Source: an uncultured bacterium
Lineage (GTDB): Bacteria > Chlamydiota > Chlamydiia > Chlamydiales > SM23-39
Direction: 5' to 3'
NCBI GenBank assembly: GCA_965370365.1
Contig: CBDUSP010000001.1
Coordinates: forward strand, 1 to 62,557
Length of the DNA stretch: 62,557 nt
The notes below the pieces were generated by a model. The model did no database searches, was not told the DNA's origin, and worked only from the letters and a program-made list of their open reading frames with translations. Made by a program: the position numbers and the translations under genes. Positions 8,427 through 18,237 of the stretch are shown here, piece after piece (within the stretch, counting starts at the first letter, position 1; each line of letters starts with the position of its first letter).

Positions 8427-9554
8427 ATGCCTGTTCCTATATCAAAATCAAAACAAGCCTCCTTCCCAACAACGCAGGACGGATATAGTTCAGATACCGA
8501 AATCTCTCTGCAAAACGCAACACAAAGGTACTTTTTACGGACAAGAGACTCAACATGGAAGTATGAAAAAAATAGACGTGACATCAGTAATAAAATGCTA
8601 TGGGCAAGGGCATCTGCTCAAGAACAGACCATAGCACTCACCGGCCTCCCCGCTCGCGTCCTCTTAAGCGCAGAAAACTCTTTGTATCCAATCCTTTTTC
8701 CAAACCCACCCACAGGCGACTACCATACAAACCATCGGCTTGTTCCAAAAAAGACGTCTCAAGATGACCGCGGCAATCAAGCAGCAACAGAAGCGATCCA
8801 GATAAACAGTAAAGACGGCACAGCCTTTACAATAATGACTTACAGACAAGCAGCAACAAGTCTTCATGTAAATCACGCGGGGAACTATTTTTTTGCGAGT
8901 TTAGGAACCTACGCAGAAATATGCGATCAGTTATCTGAACTAAAAGGAAGGATGCAGCTCCCTAATACTGCAGGAGAAGAGCAAAATCCTACAAATTTAA
9001 TGAAAGAAAAAGACAAGAAGCTTGCAACCTTTTTACTCGGGTACGGGAAAAATCTTTATTCCCTTCGTAAGGAAGTTTTGCAAGCCGCTTTATCTCTTTC
9101 TGAAATTCTCCCTGAAGATCAGAGGCTTATCGATACGCTGTGCTATAACCTATTTGTCAAAGAGATCACGAGAAGACTAAATCCTCGAGATGCAATGACC
9201 CACGATCTCCCCTTCGCATCTTCCCTTGTAAGAGCATTGAAGCTCGTAGAAGCGGGTCATATCACCTTGAAAGACTTTCTTCATCCCGATGGCGAACTCG
9301 CAACATTTACTGTTCCTAGGGTTGGAATTAATATTGGTATAGCAAAGCGAAACATTAAACGCATCAATCAGCTTTACGCTCAGCATTTTCCAGATGAAGC
9401 AAAACACCCGTTGCGCTTCAAAAAAGAACTGGCGAAGGGCTTTGGAGGCCTCTCTGATTCAGATGATGATGGATATATGAGAATCTCCTCTTTCCAAGGG
9501 ACGGGTCTCCCTGCCGTAAGCGTTGCAGCAAAATCTGAGTTTGTCACAACGTGA
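8427..9554 (+). CDS. hypothetical protein (375 aa)
   Basis: ATG preceded by AGGAG; long ORF; no recognisable domain by eye. Confidence 0.55.
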   Translation: MPVPISKSKQASFPTTQDGYSSDTEISLQNATQRYFLRTRDSTWKYEKNRRDISNKMLWARASAQEQTIALTGLPARVLLSAENSLYPILFPNPPTGDYHTNHRLVPKKTSQDDRGNQAATEAIQINSKDGTAFTIMTYRQAATSLHVNHAGNYFFASLGTYAEICDQLSELKGRMQLPNTAGEEQNPTNLMKEKDKKLATFLLGYGKNLYSLRKEVLQAALSLSEILPEDQRLIDTLCYNLFVKEITRRLNPRDAMTHDLPFASSLVRALKLVEAGHITLKDFLHPDGELATFTVPRVGINIGIAKRNIKRINQLYAQHFPDEAKHPLRFKKELAKGFGGLSDSDDDGYMRISSFQGTGLPAVSVAAKSEFVTT

Positions 9555-9684
9555 GATCTCTCTAAAGTTTGGCTTTATCCCTTTTAGGAGAAGTGCTATA
9601 ACCCAAACTCATGATGAAATATAGGCTCCCCCGCATTGCCTTCAATCCCTTGTTAAACAAGCTGGTATCTCGTGAAGAGCGTAA
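9554..9684 (+). repeat. left copy of the ~131-bp direct repeat (5' UTR plus first ~25 codons of the SET-domain gene)
   Basis: agatctctctaaag.ttggctttatcccttttaggagaagtgctataacccaaactcatgatgaaatatag... matches 26161..26291 with about nine mismatches. Confidence 0.8.
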
Positions 9685-9826
9685 ACAAAAATCTGCTTGG
9701 AGTATCCTTCCCTACGAGGGGTCGGTTTTTGGGGCACTACACGTCTTGTTCGACAGGACGGATTTTCTCGTTTCGAACAAGTCCAAAAGTGTGGTAAATC
9801 TTTCGAGCGGTTGCGCTTGGCCTTGA
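9611..9826 (+). pseudogene. truncated duplicate of the SET-domain gene 5' end fused to unrelated sequence
   Basis: MMKYRLPRIAFNPLLNKLVSREERKQ matches MMKYRLPRVAFDPLLNKLVSREERKQ at 26218, then diverges. No SET domain follows. Confidence 0.5.
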
Positions 9827-9898
9827 TGGCACTCGATAAAACTTCTCCGTCTTGTGATCTTTTAAAATAATCGCTTGCGTTCGCCAGTATTGCGGACG

Positions 9899-10420
9899 TT
9901 ATTTTGATAAAGAATTGATTATATAGAAAGAAGATAAAGTGATCGCATCCACAATTTCTCCACGAAGAGCCATTTTTCTTATTTCTTCCTTGTTAAACCA
10001 TTTCGTTTTTAATTCTCCCTCCCCAATAGTTTGTATGTTCACGGAGTTAAATAAGACTAAATGACATTTTGTTGTGCTCCAATCAGCAGCTTCACAGATT
10101 TCGCCAATCATTCTCCCCTCTTCTGAGGAAAAAGCATTTGACTCTTCTAGTAGCTCACGGGAAGCTGCTTCTGTTACTGATTCGTTTGGTTCTATAGCCC
10201 CTTGAGGAAGCTCCCAGCTAAACAAATTGCAAGCAAATCGATGTTGGTGTACTAAAAGAACTTCTTCATGGGCATTTTCAGCATAAATGACCACACTATT
10301 ACTCCTTTGAAAAACCAAGAAAGGTTCAGCTAAAAGTTCATTTTTTTTGACAGGAACAGACCAGACTATTGAGTGGGAATTTGAGACGACTTTTTCTGGT
10401 TTCCCGCTTACTTTCCACAT
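9899..10420 (-). CDS. NUDIX hydrolase
   Basis: Nudix box GAIEPNESVTEAASRELLEESN (GX5EX7REUXEEXGU). Confidence 0.85.
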   Translation of the reverse strand: MWKVSGKPEKVVSNSHSIVWSVPVKKNELLAEPFLVFQRSNSVVIYAENAHEEVLLVHQHRFACNLFSWELPQGAIEPNESVTEAASRELLEESNAFSSEEGRMIGEICEAADWSTTKCHLVLFNSVNIQTIGEGELKTKWFNKEEIRKMALRGEIVDAITLSSFYIINSLSK

Positions 10421-11091
10421 AAAATAGAGGCCTCCTGAAGCTCTTTTAACCCTTGGGGGGATCCTATTTCCCAGGATCGTTCTTGAATATTCAGTCCGAT
10501 TAGCAAGTCATTTTTGATCAATTCTTGAAAAAAGGCTTCTTCTTGGGGAAAATATCCGAATTGCTCAATTAGCTGTTTTGGAAGAATCCAAAAACCAATA
10601 TCCACTTTATCCCCTTGGAATGATCGTTTTTTAGAATATGTAATTCTTCCTGTATCCAATAGCTTGACATTTCCTTTTTGACCTGGCAAATGTGTAGCAG
10701 AAGCAAGAAACATGACCCCTTTTTCTCTTGGTTGTTCATTAACCCATGTTTCTAGGAGATCTAAAAATGGGATACGTGGAAGGACATCACCTAGAAGAAC
10801 GGCCACTACGTCATCCAAATGCGAAAGCGCGTTATGGAGGCTTCCGATTACTCCTAATGGTCGGTTTTCAATGGTAAAGGAAACCGTTTTTAGATGAGAT
10901 TTTTCTAGGCAGGAAAGAATCTCATCACTCTTATATCCCAAACAGAGATGGACCAAGCTTGCTTTTCCTAGCCATTTCATTTGAAGCTTGATAAAGGAAT
11001 CATTTTGGATGGGAGCAAGCGATTTAGGGGCATTCCCCAATATCGAGGCCATTCGTGTTCCAAATCCTCCAGCAATAATCACAGCTTGCAT
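10408..11091 (-). CDS. hddC: sugar-1-phosphate nucleotidyltransferase, D-glycero-D-manno-heptose-1-phosphate guanylyltransferase-like
   Basis: MQAVIIAGGFGTRM...PKSLAPI signature at the N-terminus when started at ATG 11091. The track start at 11190 would overlap the transaldolase gene by 86 nt. Sits in the gmhA/hddA/gmhB context. Confidence 0.75.
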   Translation of the reverse strand: MQAVIIAGGFGTRMASILGNAPKSLAPIQNDSFIKLQMKWLGKASLVHLCLGYKSDEILSCLEKSHLKTVSFTIENRPLGVIGSLHNALSHLDDVVAVLLGDVLPRIPFLDLLETWVNEQPREKGVMFLASATHLPGQKGNVKLLDTGRITYSKKRSFQGDKVDIGFWILPKQLIEQFGYFPQEEAFFQELIKNDLLIGLNIQERSWEIGSPQGLKELQEASILCGK

Positions 11092-11104
11092 AGAACGTCT
11101 CTTT

Positions 11105-11785
11105 TCAACAAAGGTGTTTTGCAAAATCAAGAAAATGTCTGCCATCTTCAGCCAATTGCTGAACTGTCGCTCGGCTGTATCTATGATCAATACACTTACA
11201 CATTATTAGTGGCGGAATTGTTATAATGTGCGCTCCTGCAAGAGCCGCTTGCTGAACATCAACAAGATTTCGAACACTTGCAGCAATAATTTCGGATTTA
11301 AAGCCCCAAGTATCAAGCCATTGTTTTGTCATTTGCACAACCTTTGGCCCGTCATTTCCTTCGTCATTAATTCTTCCAACAAAAAGGCTAATATAGCTAG
11401 CTCCTGCTTTAGCTGCAAACATTGCTTGATTTAGGGACAAGCAGGCAGTGCAATTGACTTTGATTCCACTTTCTTCCAGCATCTTCACAGTCTCCAAACA
11501 GGGATTCCCCGCCTCGTCAATCACAGTGATTTTAACGACAATGTTTTTTGCCCAACTTGCAAAAAGTTTGCCTTGATAGAGCATTTCTTCATGCTCTGTA
11601 CTGCAGACTTCTACGCTTAATGGTAAAGGGTCGATGATATCAGCAATCTCTCTTATAATCCGTTCAATATCACTATGACCTTCTCTTCGAAGAATTGTTG
11701 GATTTGTTGTGACGCCATCGATCACTCCGGATGAAAGCCATTTTTGAATTTCATCTTTGTTACAAGTATCTAAAAAAATTTTCAT
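11105..11785 (-). CDS. transaldolase / fructose-6-phosphate aldolase family protein (short type)
   Basis: MKIFLDTCNKDEIQKW...GVIDGVTTNPTIL and VKIT...; ~220-aa TalC/Fsa size class. Confidence 0.85.
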   Translation of the reverse strand: MKIFLDTCNKDEIQKWLSSGVIDGVTTNPTILRREGHSDIERIIREIADIIDPLPLSVEVCSTEHEEMLYQGKLFASWAKNIVVKITVIDEAGNPCLETVKMLEESGIKVNCTACLSLNQAMFAAKAGASYISLFVGRINDEGNDGPKVVQMTKQWLDTWGFKSEIIAASVRNLVDVQQAALAGAHIITIPPLIMCKCIDHRYSRATVQQLAEDGRHFLDFAKHLC

Positions 11786-12405
11786 GTTCTCACCTCCATG
11801 GAAAGAATAATATTTGCAGCTTCTAAAAGATTAGCAGCAATGAAATCAGGATCAAGGTCCTTGATTTTCATCACTTGGCAAATATCGCATTTTTTTTTAC
11901 CAATCCAAACGGTCTGACATCCAGCCGACTTACCTGCCTCAATATCTACGAGACCATCGCCGATCATGATAGAACGAACGAGATCAATCTGAAGTTCCTC
12001 TGAGGCCTGAAGTAATAAGCCGGGGGATGGTTTACGGCAATTACAGAAAATACGATATCGGAGATCTTTTGCTTCTGGATGATGCAGGCAATAGTACACT
12101 TTAGATATGCGCGCTCCCTCCTTTGATAATTCTTGGAGTATGTAGGTTGTGATTGCTTCTAACTCCTCTGGCTTCATTTTTTTCTTAGCAATTCCTGGCT
12201 GGTTTGAAATGATTGCTACTAAAAATCCTGCGCTGTTTAACAGTTTAATTGCGTCAGCGACTCCAGGTAATATAGAAACTTGACTAATATTTAAAGGAGA
12301 ATCGATTAGGCCATGATTTTCATCATAATGCAGCGCATTGATCACACCGTCTCGATCTAAGAAAACAGCTCTGTTTTTCATTTTATTGTTTTGATTTTGC
12401 AACAC
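11782..12405 (-). CDS. gmhB: D-glycero-D-manno-heptose 1,7-bisphosphate phosphatase (HAD-IIIA)
   Basis: AVFLDRDGVIN, ISNQPGIAK, CNCRKPSPGLL and MIGDGLVDIEAG. An alternative ATG at 12381 removes the overlap with gmhA. Confidence 0.85.
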   Translation of the reverse strand: MLQNQNNKMKNRAVFLDRDGVINALHYDENHGLIDSPLNISQVSILPGVADAIKLLNSAGFLVAIISNQPGIAKKKMKPEELEAITTYILQELSKEGARISKVYYCLHHPEAKDLRYRIFCNCRKPSPGLLLQASEELQIDLVRSIMIGDGLVDIEAGKSAGCQTVWIGKKKCDICQVMKIKDLDPDFIAANLLEAANIILSMEVRT

Positions 12406-12991
12406 TTTCCCATTTAGTTATTTGCTGATGCAGTTTGGGGTGTGAGATTAAAAGATGCAAAATTGCAACCTGGAATGTCTCCGCATGCGGCGTTATTCTA
12501 TTTAGATTTATTGTGGGAATAAGAACACAGGCATCAGCAACTTTTTTTGTATAGCCGCCATCTCTTCCCACAATCCCTGCAATTTTGCCCCCAATTTTTT
12601 TTGTATAAGCCAAAGCTCTTACTAGATTTGGGCTGATATTCATTTCGATACTCCCTCCACCGACCGAGAGAACAAAAACTAGATCAGAGCGATTCAAATG
12701 ACTCTCTTTTAACCAATTAACAAAAATGGAATCCCAACCATTATCATTCGCTTGTGCTGTCAGTTCTGAAATATTATCTGAAGGAGAATAGGCCTCGACT
12801 CCTACTACTTTGCGAAAATCACAAACTGCATGAGATGCATTTGCAGCACTGCCTCCGACCCCCAAAAAAAAGATCCTTCCCCTCGTCTCTCTTGCGGATA
12901 TTATGAGATCAACTACCTGCTCAATCGACTCCACGGTGAGCTTGTCGATAATCTGTTTCATTTCTAAAAGATACTGAATTTCATATTTCAT
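12383..12991 (-). CDS. gmhA: SIS-domain sedoheptulose-7-phosphate isomerase-like protein
   Basis: RIFFLGVGGSAANASHAVCDF is a SIS phosphosugar-binding motif; ~200 aa; flanked by hddA and gmhB. Confidence 0.8.
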   Translation of the reverse strand: MKYEIQYLLEMKQIIDKLTVESIEQVVDLIISARETRGRIFFLGVGGSAANASHAVCDFRKVVGVEAYSPSDNISELTAQANDNGWDSIFVNWLKESHLNRSDLVFVLSVGGGSIEMNISPNLVRALAYTKKIGGKIAGIVGRDGGYTKKVADACVLIPTINLNRITPHAETFQVAILHLLISHPKLHQQITKWESVAKSKQ

Positions 12992-13971
12992 GCGTATGAG
13001 TTGGTTAAAATTGTTGTTCCTTGGAAATCAAAATTGACTTGTAGTTCAGTGAGTCCTTTCAGTAAAAGAGCTTGCCTCACTTTTTCTTTACCTTTATCAC
13101 AGTAAAACATGAAAAACCCCCCACTTCCAGCGCCCATTATCTTTCCTCCTGAAGCACCACTTTCTATCGCTAAGTCATACCAGGAATCAATGATTTTGCT
13201 AGATACTTTTGGCGAAAGCGCTTTCTTGCAGAGCCAATGATCATGCAGCAGCTTGCCAAATTCAGAAAGTTTCCCTTTTTCCAGAACATCTTTAGTTTGA
13301 TAACCAATTTCTTTAATTTGGTGTAAACTATCGATTACCCCTTGATTTCCATTTTTAGTTGCATTGTACTGTTCAACGAGAACAGCTGCGCTTTTCCTCT
13401 CTATCTGTGTATGAAAAAACAACAATCTTCCCAATAAGTCAGATAGAATTTTCGGAGAAATCTTGGGAGCTGTCGCGGTCACAGATCCATTCAACATGAT
13501 TTCGAGGCATTGGATTCCTCCTAGAGCAGTGATGTACTGATCTTGTTTTCCAATTGGTTGGCGAAGAATATCTATTTCGATCGTGCTTGCGTACTCCGCT
13601 AAATCTGATTGGGAGCATTTTTCTGACTTCAGCGCGTATAGAGCATTGAGCAAGCCTACAGTAAATGCGCCAGACCCTCCTAGACCGGACCCTGAAGGAA
13701 TGTTGCATATAGAAGAGATTTCAATCCCACAGTGAATCCCCACGAATTTTAAGATTTCCCTAACTAGCTCATTCTTTAATTTCCCAACTTGATCTACGCA
13801 TTCACTACCAACTTTGATCTTTTGATCTAATTCTCGCTTCTTCACAGTAACATAAATGTATTTGTTAATAGCTGCGGTCATCACGAAGCCACCAAACCTT
13901 GAAGAATACGAAGTGATATCAGTTCCTCCTCCGCCTAAAGGAATACGCAGTGGAGTTCGTACAACAATCAT
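12988..13971 (-). CDS. hddA: GHMP kinase, D-glycero-D-manno-heptose-7-phosphate kinase-like
   Basis: RTPLRIPLGGGGTDITSY N-terminus typical of HddA. GHMP motif II PSGSGLGGSGA. Motif III GAGSGGF. Confidence 0.8.
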   Translation of the reverse strand: MIVVRTPLRIPLGGGGTDITSYSSRFGGFVMTAAINKYIYVTVKKRELDQKIKVGSECVDQVGKLKNELVREILKFVGIHCGIEISSICNIPSGSGLGGSGAFTVGLLNALYALKSEKCSQSDLAEYASTIEIDILRQPIGKQDQYITALGGIQCLEIMLNGSVTATAPKISPKILSDLLGRLLFFHTQIERKSAAVLVEQYNATKNGNQGVIDSLHQIKEIGYQTKDVLEKGKLSEFGKLLHDHWLCKKALSPKVSSKIIDSWYDLAIESGASGGKIMGAGSGGFFMFYCDKGKEKVRQALLLKGLTELQVNFDFQGTTILTNSYA

Positions 13972-15014
13972 AGTCTTCCCTCTAAACTAAGTGCCGATTC
14001 CAGACTCTTCAGATTGATTGTTTTCTCTTGTAGAGATGCTTGATAGACGGCATTGACAGCTTCCATCGCAGCAAGACCATCTTCGCCATTGCCCATGGGT
14101 TGACGATTTTCCTTAATGGAACTTGTAAACTCGGCCCATTCTAAATACCACGATTTATCTTCGCCTAAAAATTCAGTGATTTCCTCTGAAAATGGTTTAA
14201 AGAAATCACGCTTTCCATAAATAAGTTTTTCAGTTCCATAACTCCCCCCCAATCCTTCTACAGAGAGATATCCATCTGTCCCAAAGACCTCAAAAGAAAA
14301 ACGATTTCTCCACTGAGTCAGGCTGGCATGGACAGTGCAAACCACGTTATTTTCCGTTTGCAAGATTGCATATCCATTATCCTCAAGAGGTTGGGTCTTC
14401 CAATATCCGTTCTGGGTAACCCCTGTTACTTTGGAAAAGTCTCCAAAAAACCAACGAAATAAGTCGATGGAATGAATTCCTTGCTCCATTAAGTGCCCCC
14501 CAGCTGCAATAGAGGGATCACTTCTCCATTCTTTCATACAATCAGGGCGTCCACAAATTCCATAACAAGCTCGAGCAAAAATTGGGTTGCCTATTTTCTT
14601 GTCATCAAACATTTTCTTTGCTTTAGAGATTGCTGGATGATGACGATGGTTAAAACCACATTTAAGAATTCGTTTGTATTCTTTTGCTGTTCGAATCATC
14701 TCACAGCCTTCTTCGTATGTCTTTGCTAGAGGTTTTTCACAAAGTACATGCTTACCCGTCTTGAGTGCCTCAATTGCAATCAAAGCATGTAAGTGAGGAG
14801 GAGTGCAGATGATAATTGCATTTAAATCTTTGCGCAAAACGACCTCTTCCCACCCTTTGGAAGATTCACACCCGAACTCGTCAGCAAGCTTCATTGATTC
14901 TTCCAATTTAGCAGAAGAAATAACGACTAAACGAGATTCTTTATCGTTATTAAAAACAGATGCTCTCCTGCGCCCTTGCAGACCTGCTCCGATAATACCC
15001 ACCCTTAAAACCAT
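13968..15014 (-). CDS. Gfo/Idh/MocA family NAD(P)-dependent oxidoreductase
   Basis: LRVGIIGAGLQG Rossmann N-terminus and the EKPLA motif (VLCEKPLAKT). Confidence 0.85.
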   Translation of the reverse strand: MVLRVGIIGAGLQGRRRASVFNNDKESRLVVISSAKLEESMKLADEFGCESSKGWEEVVLRKDLNAIIICTPPHLHALIAIEALKTGKHVLCEKPLAKTYEEGCEMIRTAKEYKRILKCGFNHRHHPAISKAKKMFDDKKIGNPIFARACYGICGRPDCMKEWRSDPSIAAGGHLMEQGIHSIDLFRWFFGDFSKVTGVTQNGYWKTQPLEDNGYAILQTENNVVCTVHASLTQWRNRFSFEVFGTDGYLSVEGLGGSYGTEKLIYGKRDFFKPFSEEITEFLGEDKSWYLEWAEFTSSIKENRQPMGNGEDGLAAMEAVNAVYQASLQEKTINLKSLESALSLEGRL

Positions 15015-15015
15015 T

Positions 15016-16320
15016 TTATCTCCCCATACCCGCCATAGAAATGTATTTAAAGCCCAATGTTTTTAGGTCCTTTTGGGAAAGAAAACTCTTTGGATCAATA
15101 AGAATTGGAGACCTCATTAAAGTCTGAAGCTTCTGGAAATTCAGTTGTAAAAACTCTGGCCATTCAGTCATTAGAATGATTGCATCACAATCGGTTACAC
15201 ATTTTTCTATAGCAGAAGAAATCTCAAAATTTACCCTTCCCTCTAGCTCGGAAAGATTTGCTTTTGGATCATATGCTTTCACTTGGCAACCCGCCTCTTC
15301 TAAACATTTGATCAGTTCAAGGGATTGAGAACGTCGCAGAGTGCTGGTTTGAGACGTATAGGTGAGCCCCAAAATGCCTATAGTACTTTGCTTTAGGTTG
15401 AGAAGATCTCTTAAACTCTCCACAAGCAGCTGGCATTGCACCGAGTTAACTTTTAAAACAGAATCTATTACGTCAGTGGCTTTTCTAGTCTGTTTTCCGA
15501 GTTGCTGTAGAGTCTTTAGATCTCTTGCTAGGGTTCCTCCAGAAAAGCCCATCCCAGGCTTAATACAAGCCTTTTGGCCAATTCTTGGATCTAGTTGCAT
15601 AGCTTTTGCGACCTCCTCACAATTCACACCTAGGCCTCTTCCAATATGAGCAAGTTCATTTGCTAAACTAATTGAGGTAGCAAGGAAGGCGTTAATCGAA
15701 TGCTTAACCATTTCAGCCGTGCGGATGGAGACTCTCATTTTAGAAGAACAAATAGAACTTAAAAGAGAATCAACCCTATCCCCAGTTTTTTTTGAATCTG
15801 CTCCAATCACTAACATATCAGGATGTTGGAAACGTTCAATAGCAAGGCCAAGCCGCAAATTTTCTGGAATGTAGGCGATTCCTCCTTCAGCCTTAGGATT
15901 ATGCTGAATAACTAACTGCCATAACATCTCGCACGTCCCCACAGGAACTTGACTGCTTATCATTAAAACAGTTTCTTTCTGTAAAAAAGGAGCGACAGTT
16001 GCAACAGCATCCGTAATGGGTGATAAATCTAGTTCATCATTTTCATTCACAGGAGTATCGTAAGTAATCCAAACGAATAATGCTTTTGAAACTGCAGAGG
16101 ACACGTTGTTGGAAAACTTTAGTCTATTAGAACTAAGCCCACTACTTATCAATTCCTCAAGTCCTGGTTCAAATAGTGGAGGGATGTTTTTTTGAAGGTT
16201 GGCAATTCGAACTTGATTCTCGTCTATTCCAACTACTTGATACCCCCAATCAGCAAGACAGGCGGCTGAAACCACCCCTAAATGCCACAAGCCCACAATA
16301 CATACTTTATCACTTCTCAT
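15016..16320 (-). CDS. nucleotide-sugar 6-dehydrogenase (UDP-glucose/GDP-mannose dehydrogenase family)
   Basis: KVCIVGLWHLGVVSAACLA N-terminus, central PGMGFSGGTLARD (catalytic-Cys region pattern GxGxGGxC partly altered), and the C-terminal UDPG_MGDP_dh domain pattern. Confidence 0.8.
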   Translation of the reverse strand: MRSDKVCIVGLWHLGVVSAACLADWGYQVVGIDENQVRIANLQKNIPPLFEPGLEELISSGLSSNRLKFSNNVSSAVSKALFVWITYDTPVNENDELDLSPITDAVATVAPFLQKETVLMISSQVPVGTCEMLWQLVIQHNPKAEGGIAYIPENLRLGLAIERFQHPDMLVIGADSKKTGDRVDSLLSSICSSKMRVSIRTAEMVKHSINAFLATSISLANELAHIGRGLGVNCEEVAKAMQLDPRIGQKACIKPGMGFSGGTLARDLKTLQQLGKQTRKATDVIDSVLKVNSVQCQLLVESLRDLLNLKQSTIGILGLTYTSQTSTLRRSQSLELIKCLEEAGCQVKAYDPKANLSELEGRVNFEISSAIEKCVTDCDAIILMTEWPEFLQLNFQKLQTLMRSPILIDPKSFLSQKDLKTLGFKYISMAGMGR

Positions 16321-17318
16321 CTGACAGAAATTCCTGATTTGTTTTTACCAAAGTTCGGTACTAGATATTGCACCATGCGTTGGGAAGCAATCTCTATGGC
16401 TTCTTCGGAGCTCTTCTTTGCACTCCATCCGAGGGTCTTCATTCTCGAAATATCGAGTTCGACGTAAGGCTGATCCCCAAGGAAGGCACGTTTCCCTCCA
16501 GAAAACTTCAAACTCACGTTTTTTAATCCCAATGCATTGATTACAGCTTTGGCTATGGCGACTACGTTTGTATTTCCATGCACGCCTAAATTCAAAACAA
16601 CAGAAGGGGTTGATTCATTGAGTTGGATATTAAAGTACGCGTGGAGCATTCCTTCGATGCACTCCTCCACAAGAAAATAGTTTTTAGCCTGTTTCCCATC
16701 TCCTAAAATTTCAAGCTGGGAAGAGTCTTTTTCCAATTTGCGGATGAAATCATGGATTGCCCCCCGACTCATCCGGCTACTTACGACATTTCCAAAACGA
16801 AATACCCATCCCCTTAAATTAAAAAGATGGCAATAAGCGCTGATAAACGCTTCAGCAGCAGCTTTCCCCGCCCCGTAGAGAGAAATTGGAAGTAAAGGAC
16901 CTGCTGTTTCTGGTGTAGGCAACTTTTTTATTTCTCCGTAAACAGCTCCTGTGGAAGCAAAAAGCAAGTCGCGAACGCCTGTAAGACGCATCGCCTCCAA
17001 GACGTTGTAAGTAGCGATCACATTACTCTGTAAGTCTAGCGATGTATTGCAAGATCCTCCTGGAATATCCGCGTTTGCACCCAAATGCCAGATAAAATCA
17101 TGACCCGGCATTGCTTTTACAAGAGCATCTAAATGGAGTAAATCATCATAAATAAATTGAAACTTTGGATTTGATAAATAGGGAGCAAGTCGCTCCTTCT
17201 TCCCGTTTGAAAGATTGTCAAAAACCGTGACGCTCCAGCCAATGTTCATACAGAAATCGACAACATGGCTTCCTATAAAGCCTGCTCCCCCAGTAACAAA
17301 TACTTTTTTAGGAGGCAT
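16317..17318 (-). CDS. NAD-dependent epimerase/dehydratase (extended SDR)
   Basis: KVFVTGGAGFIGSHVV and YGAGKAAAE (YxxxK). The start is moved to ATG 17318 (MPPKKVFVTGG); the track N-terminus overlaps the methyltransferase gene. Confidence 0.85.
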   Translation of the reverse strand: MPPKKVFVTGGAGFIGSHVVDFCMNIGWSVTVFDNLSNGKKERLAPYLSNPKFQFIYDDLLHLDALVKAMPGHDFIWHLGANADIPGGSCNTSLDLQSNVIATYNVLEAMRLTGVRDLLFASTGAVYGEIKKLPTPETAGPLLPISLYGAGKAAAEAFISAYCHLFNLRGWVFRFGNVVSSRMSRGAIHDFIRKLEKDSSQLEILGDGKQAKNYFLVEECIEGMLHAYFNIQLNESTPSVVLNLGVHGNTNVVAIAKAVINALGLKNVSLKFSGGKRAFLGDQPYVELDISRMKTLGWSAKKSSEEAIEIASQRMVQYLVPNFGKNKSGISVR

Positions 17319-18237
17319 TATACACTCGCTTATTCCAGAAAACCTCACAGGGGCCGTGGTGGGACTCCAAAACAAACCCTTTGTTCAAAAGGGATTCCCT
17401 TATCTTTTTTCCATCGATGTATTTTTCATGGATTTCAATGATTATCAGTCTTACTTTATCAAGCCATTGACAGTTCGGTGAGAGCAATAGCTTTTCTTCC
17501 ATTCCTTCTATATCAATCTTTAAGATGTCAATGCTCGCTAAGCGATGCTTATCGATTAATTTTTGAACTGTAATTCCAGGAATCTTAAAGTTCGGCAAAG
17601 CTAACTTTTTCTCAAGCCGATTTTTCATCGATTTTCTCTGATCGTCGATATTTTTGATTGCAGTCCCCGAACTCCACCACTCGCTTGCAAAAAACTCGAT
17701 TTCCTCATCTTTGTCTGAAATTGCAGCATGCTCAATTTCCCACTTGGCGTTTTGTTTTTCCATATTTTTTCTTATCATTTTGACATTTTCTTCAATAGGC
17801 TCAACACAAATAATGCGAGCTTCAGGAAAGCGGGAATGAAAAAAAGCAGCAGAAATTCCTGCATTTGAACCTAAGTCAACAATCACTCGTATATTTTTGC
17901 AAAAGCGGTCATAGGGGAAATCGTAGATTCCATAAAGGAAGATTTCCCTTAAAATATAGAGATCACTCTGACTTTTTCTAAAAGAGACGTTTAAAGGATT
18001 TCCTCGTACCCGCACCTTGACCGTAGAGGTTTTCAAAGAATGAAGGGGCTTAAAAAACATTCCAAATAAATATCTGAACATCCAGTAGGAGATTTTAATC
18101 TTCGATCTCCCGACTCCCTTTTGGACGCCATGCCTCATATCAGAGCCGCATTGCCGAGCCTCTCTCTTTATGATTTTTGAAATAGAGATTTTTTCTTTAA
18201 CGTCTTTATCTGTACAAACATGCTCAAACACTAGCAT
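17308..18237 (-). CDS. FkbM-family methyltransferase
   Basis: VIVDLGSNAGISAAFF (SAM motif I), ARIICVEP and IDILKIDIEGME, typical of FkbM. Confidence 0.8.
   Translation of the reverse strand: MLVFEHVCTDKDVKEKISISKIIKREARQCGSDMRHGVQKGVGRSKIKISYWMFRYLFGMFFKPLHSLKTSTVKVRVRGNPLNVSFRKSQSDLYILREIFLYGIYDFPYDRFCKNIRVIVDLGSNAGISAAFFHSRFPEARIICVEPIEENVKMIRKNMEKQNAKWEIEHAAISDKDEEIEFFASEWWSSGTAIKNIDDQRKSMKNRLEKKLALPNFKIPGITVQKLIDKHRLASIDILKIDIEGMEEKLLLSPNCQWLDKVRLIIIEIHEKYIDGKKIRESLLNKGFVLESHHGPCEVFWNKRVYNAS

Noticed and set aside
9686-9898. A minus-strand frame reading RPQYWRTQAIILKDHKTEKFYRVPSRPSATARKIYHTFGLVRNEKIRPVEQDV, considered as a second transposase remnant at the left island edge.
   Set aside because: It has no start codon and no diagnostic DDE or HTH motif that I can align by eye. 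It cannot be supported without a database search.
11092-11190. Longer N-terminus for the HddC-like gene.
   Set aside because: It would overlap the transaldolase gene by 86 nt and would place 33 unrelated residues before the GxGxR nucleotide-binding loop.
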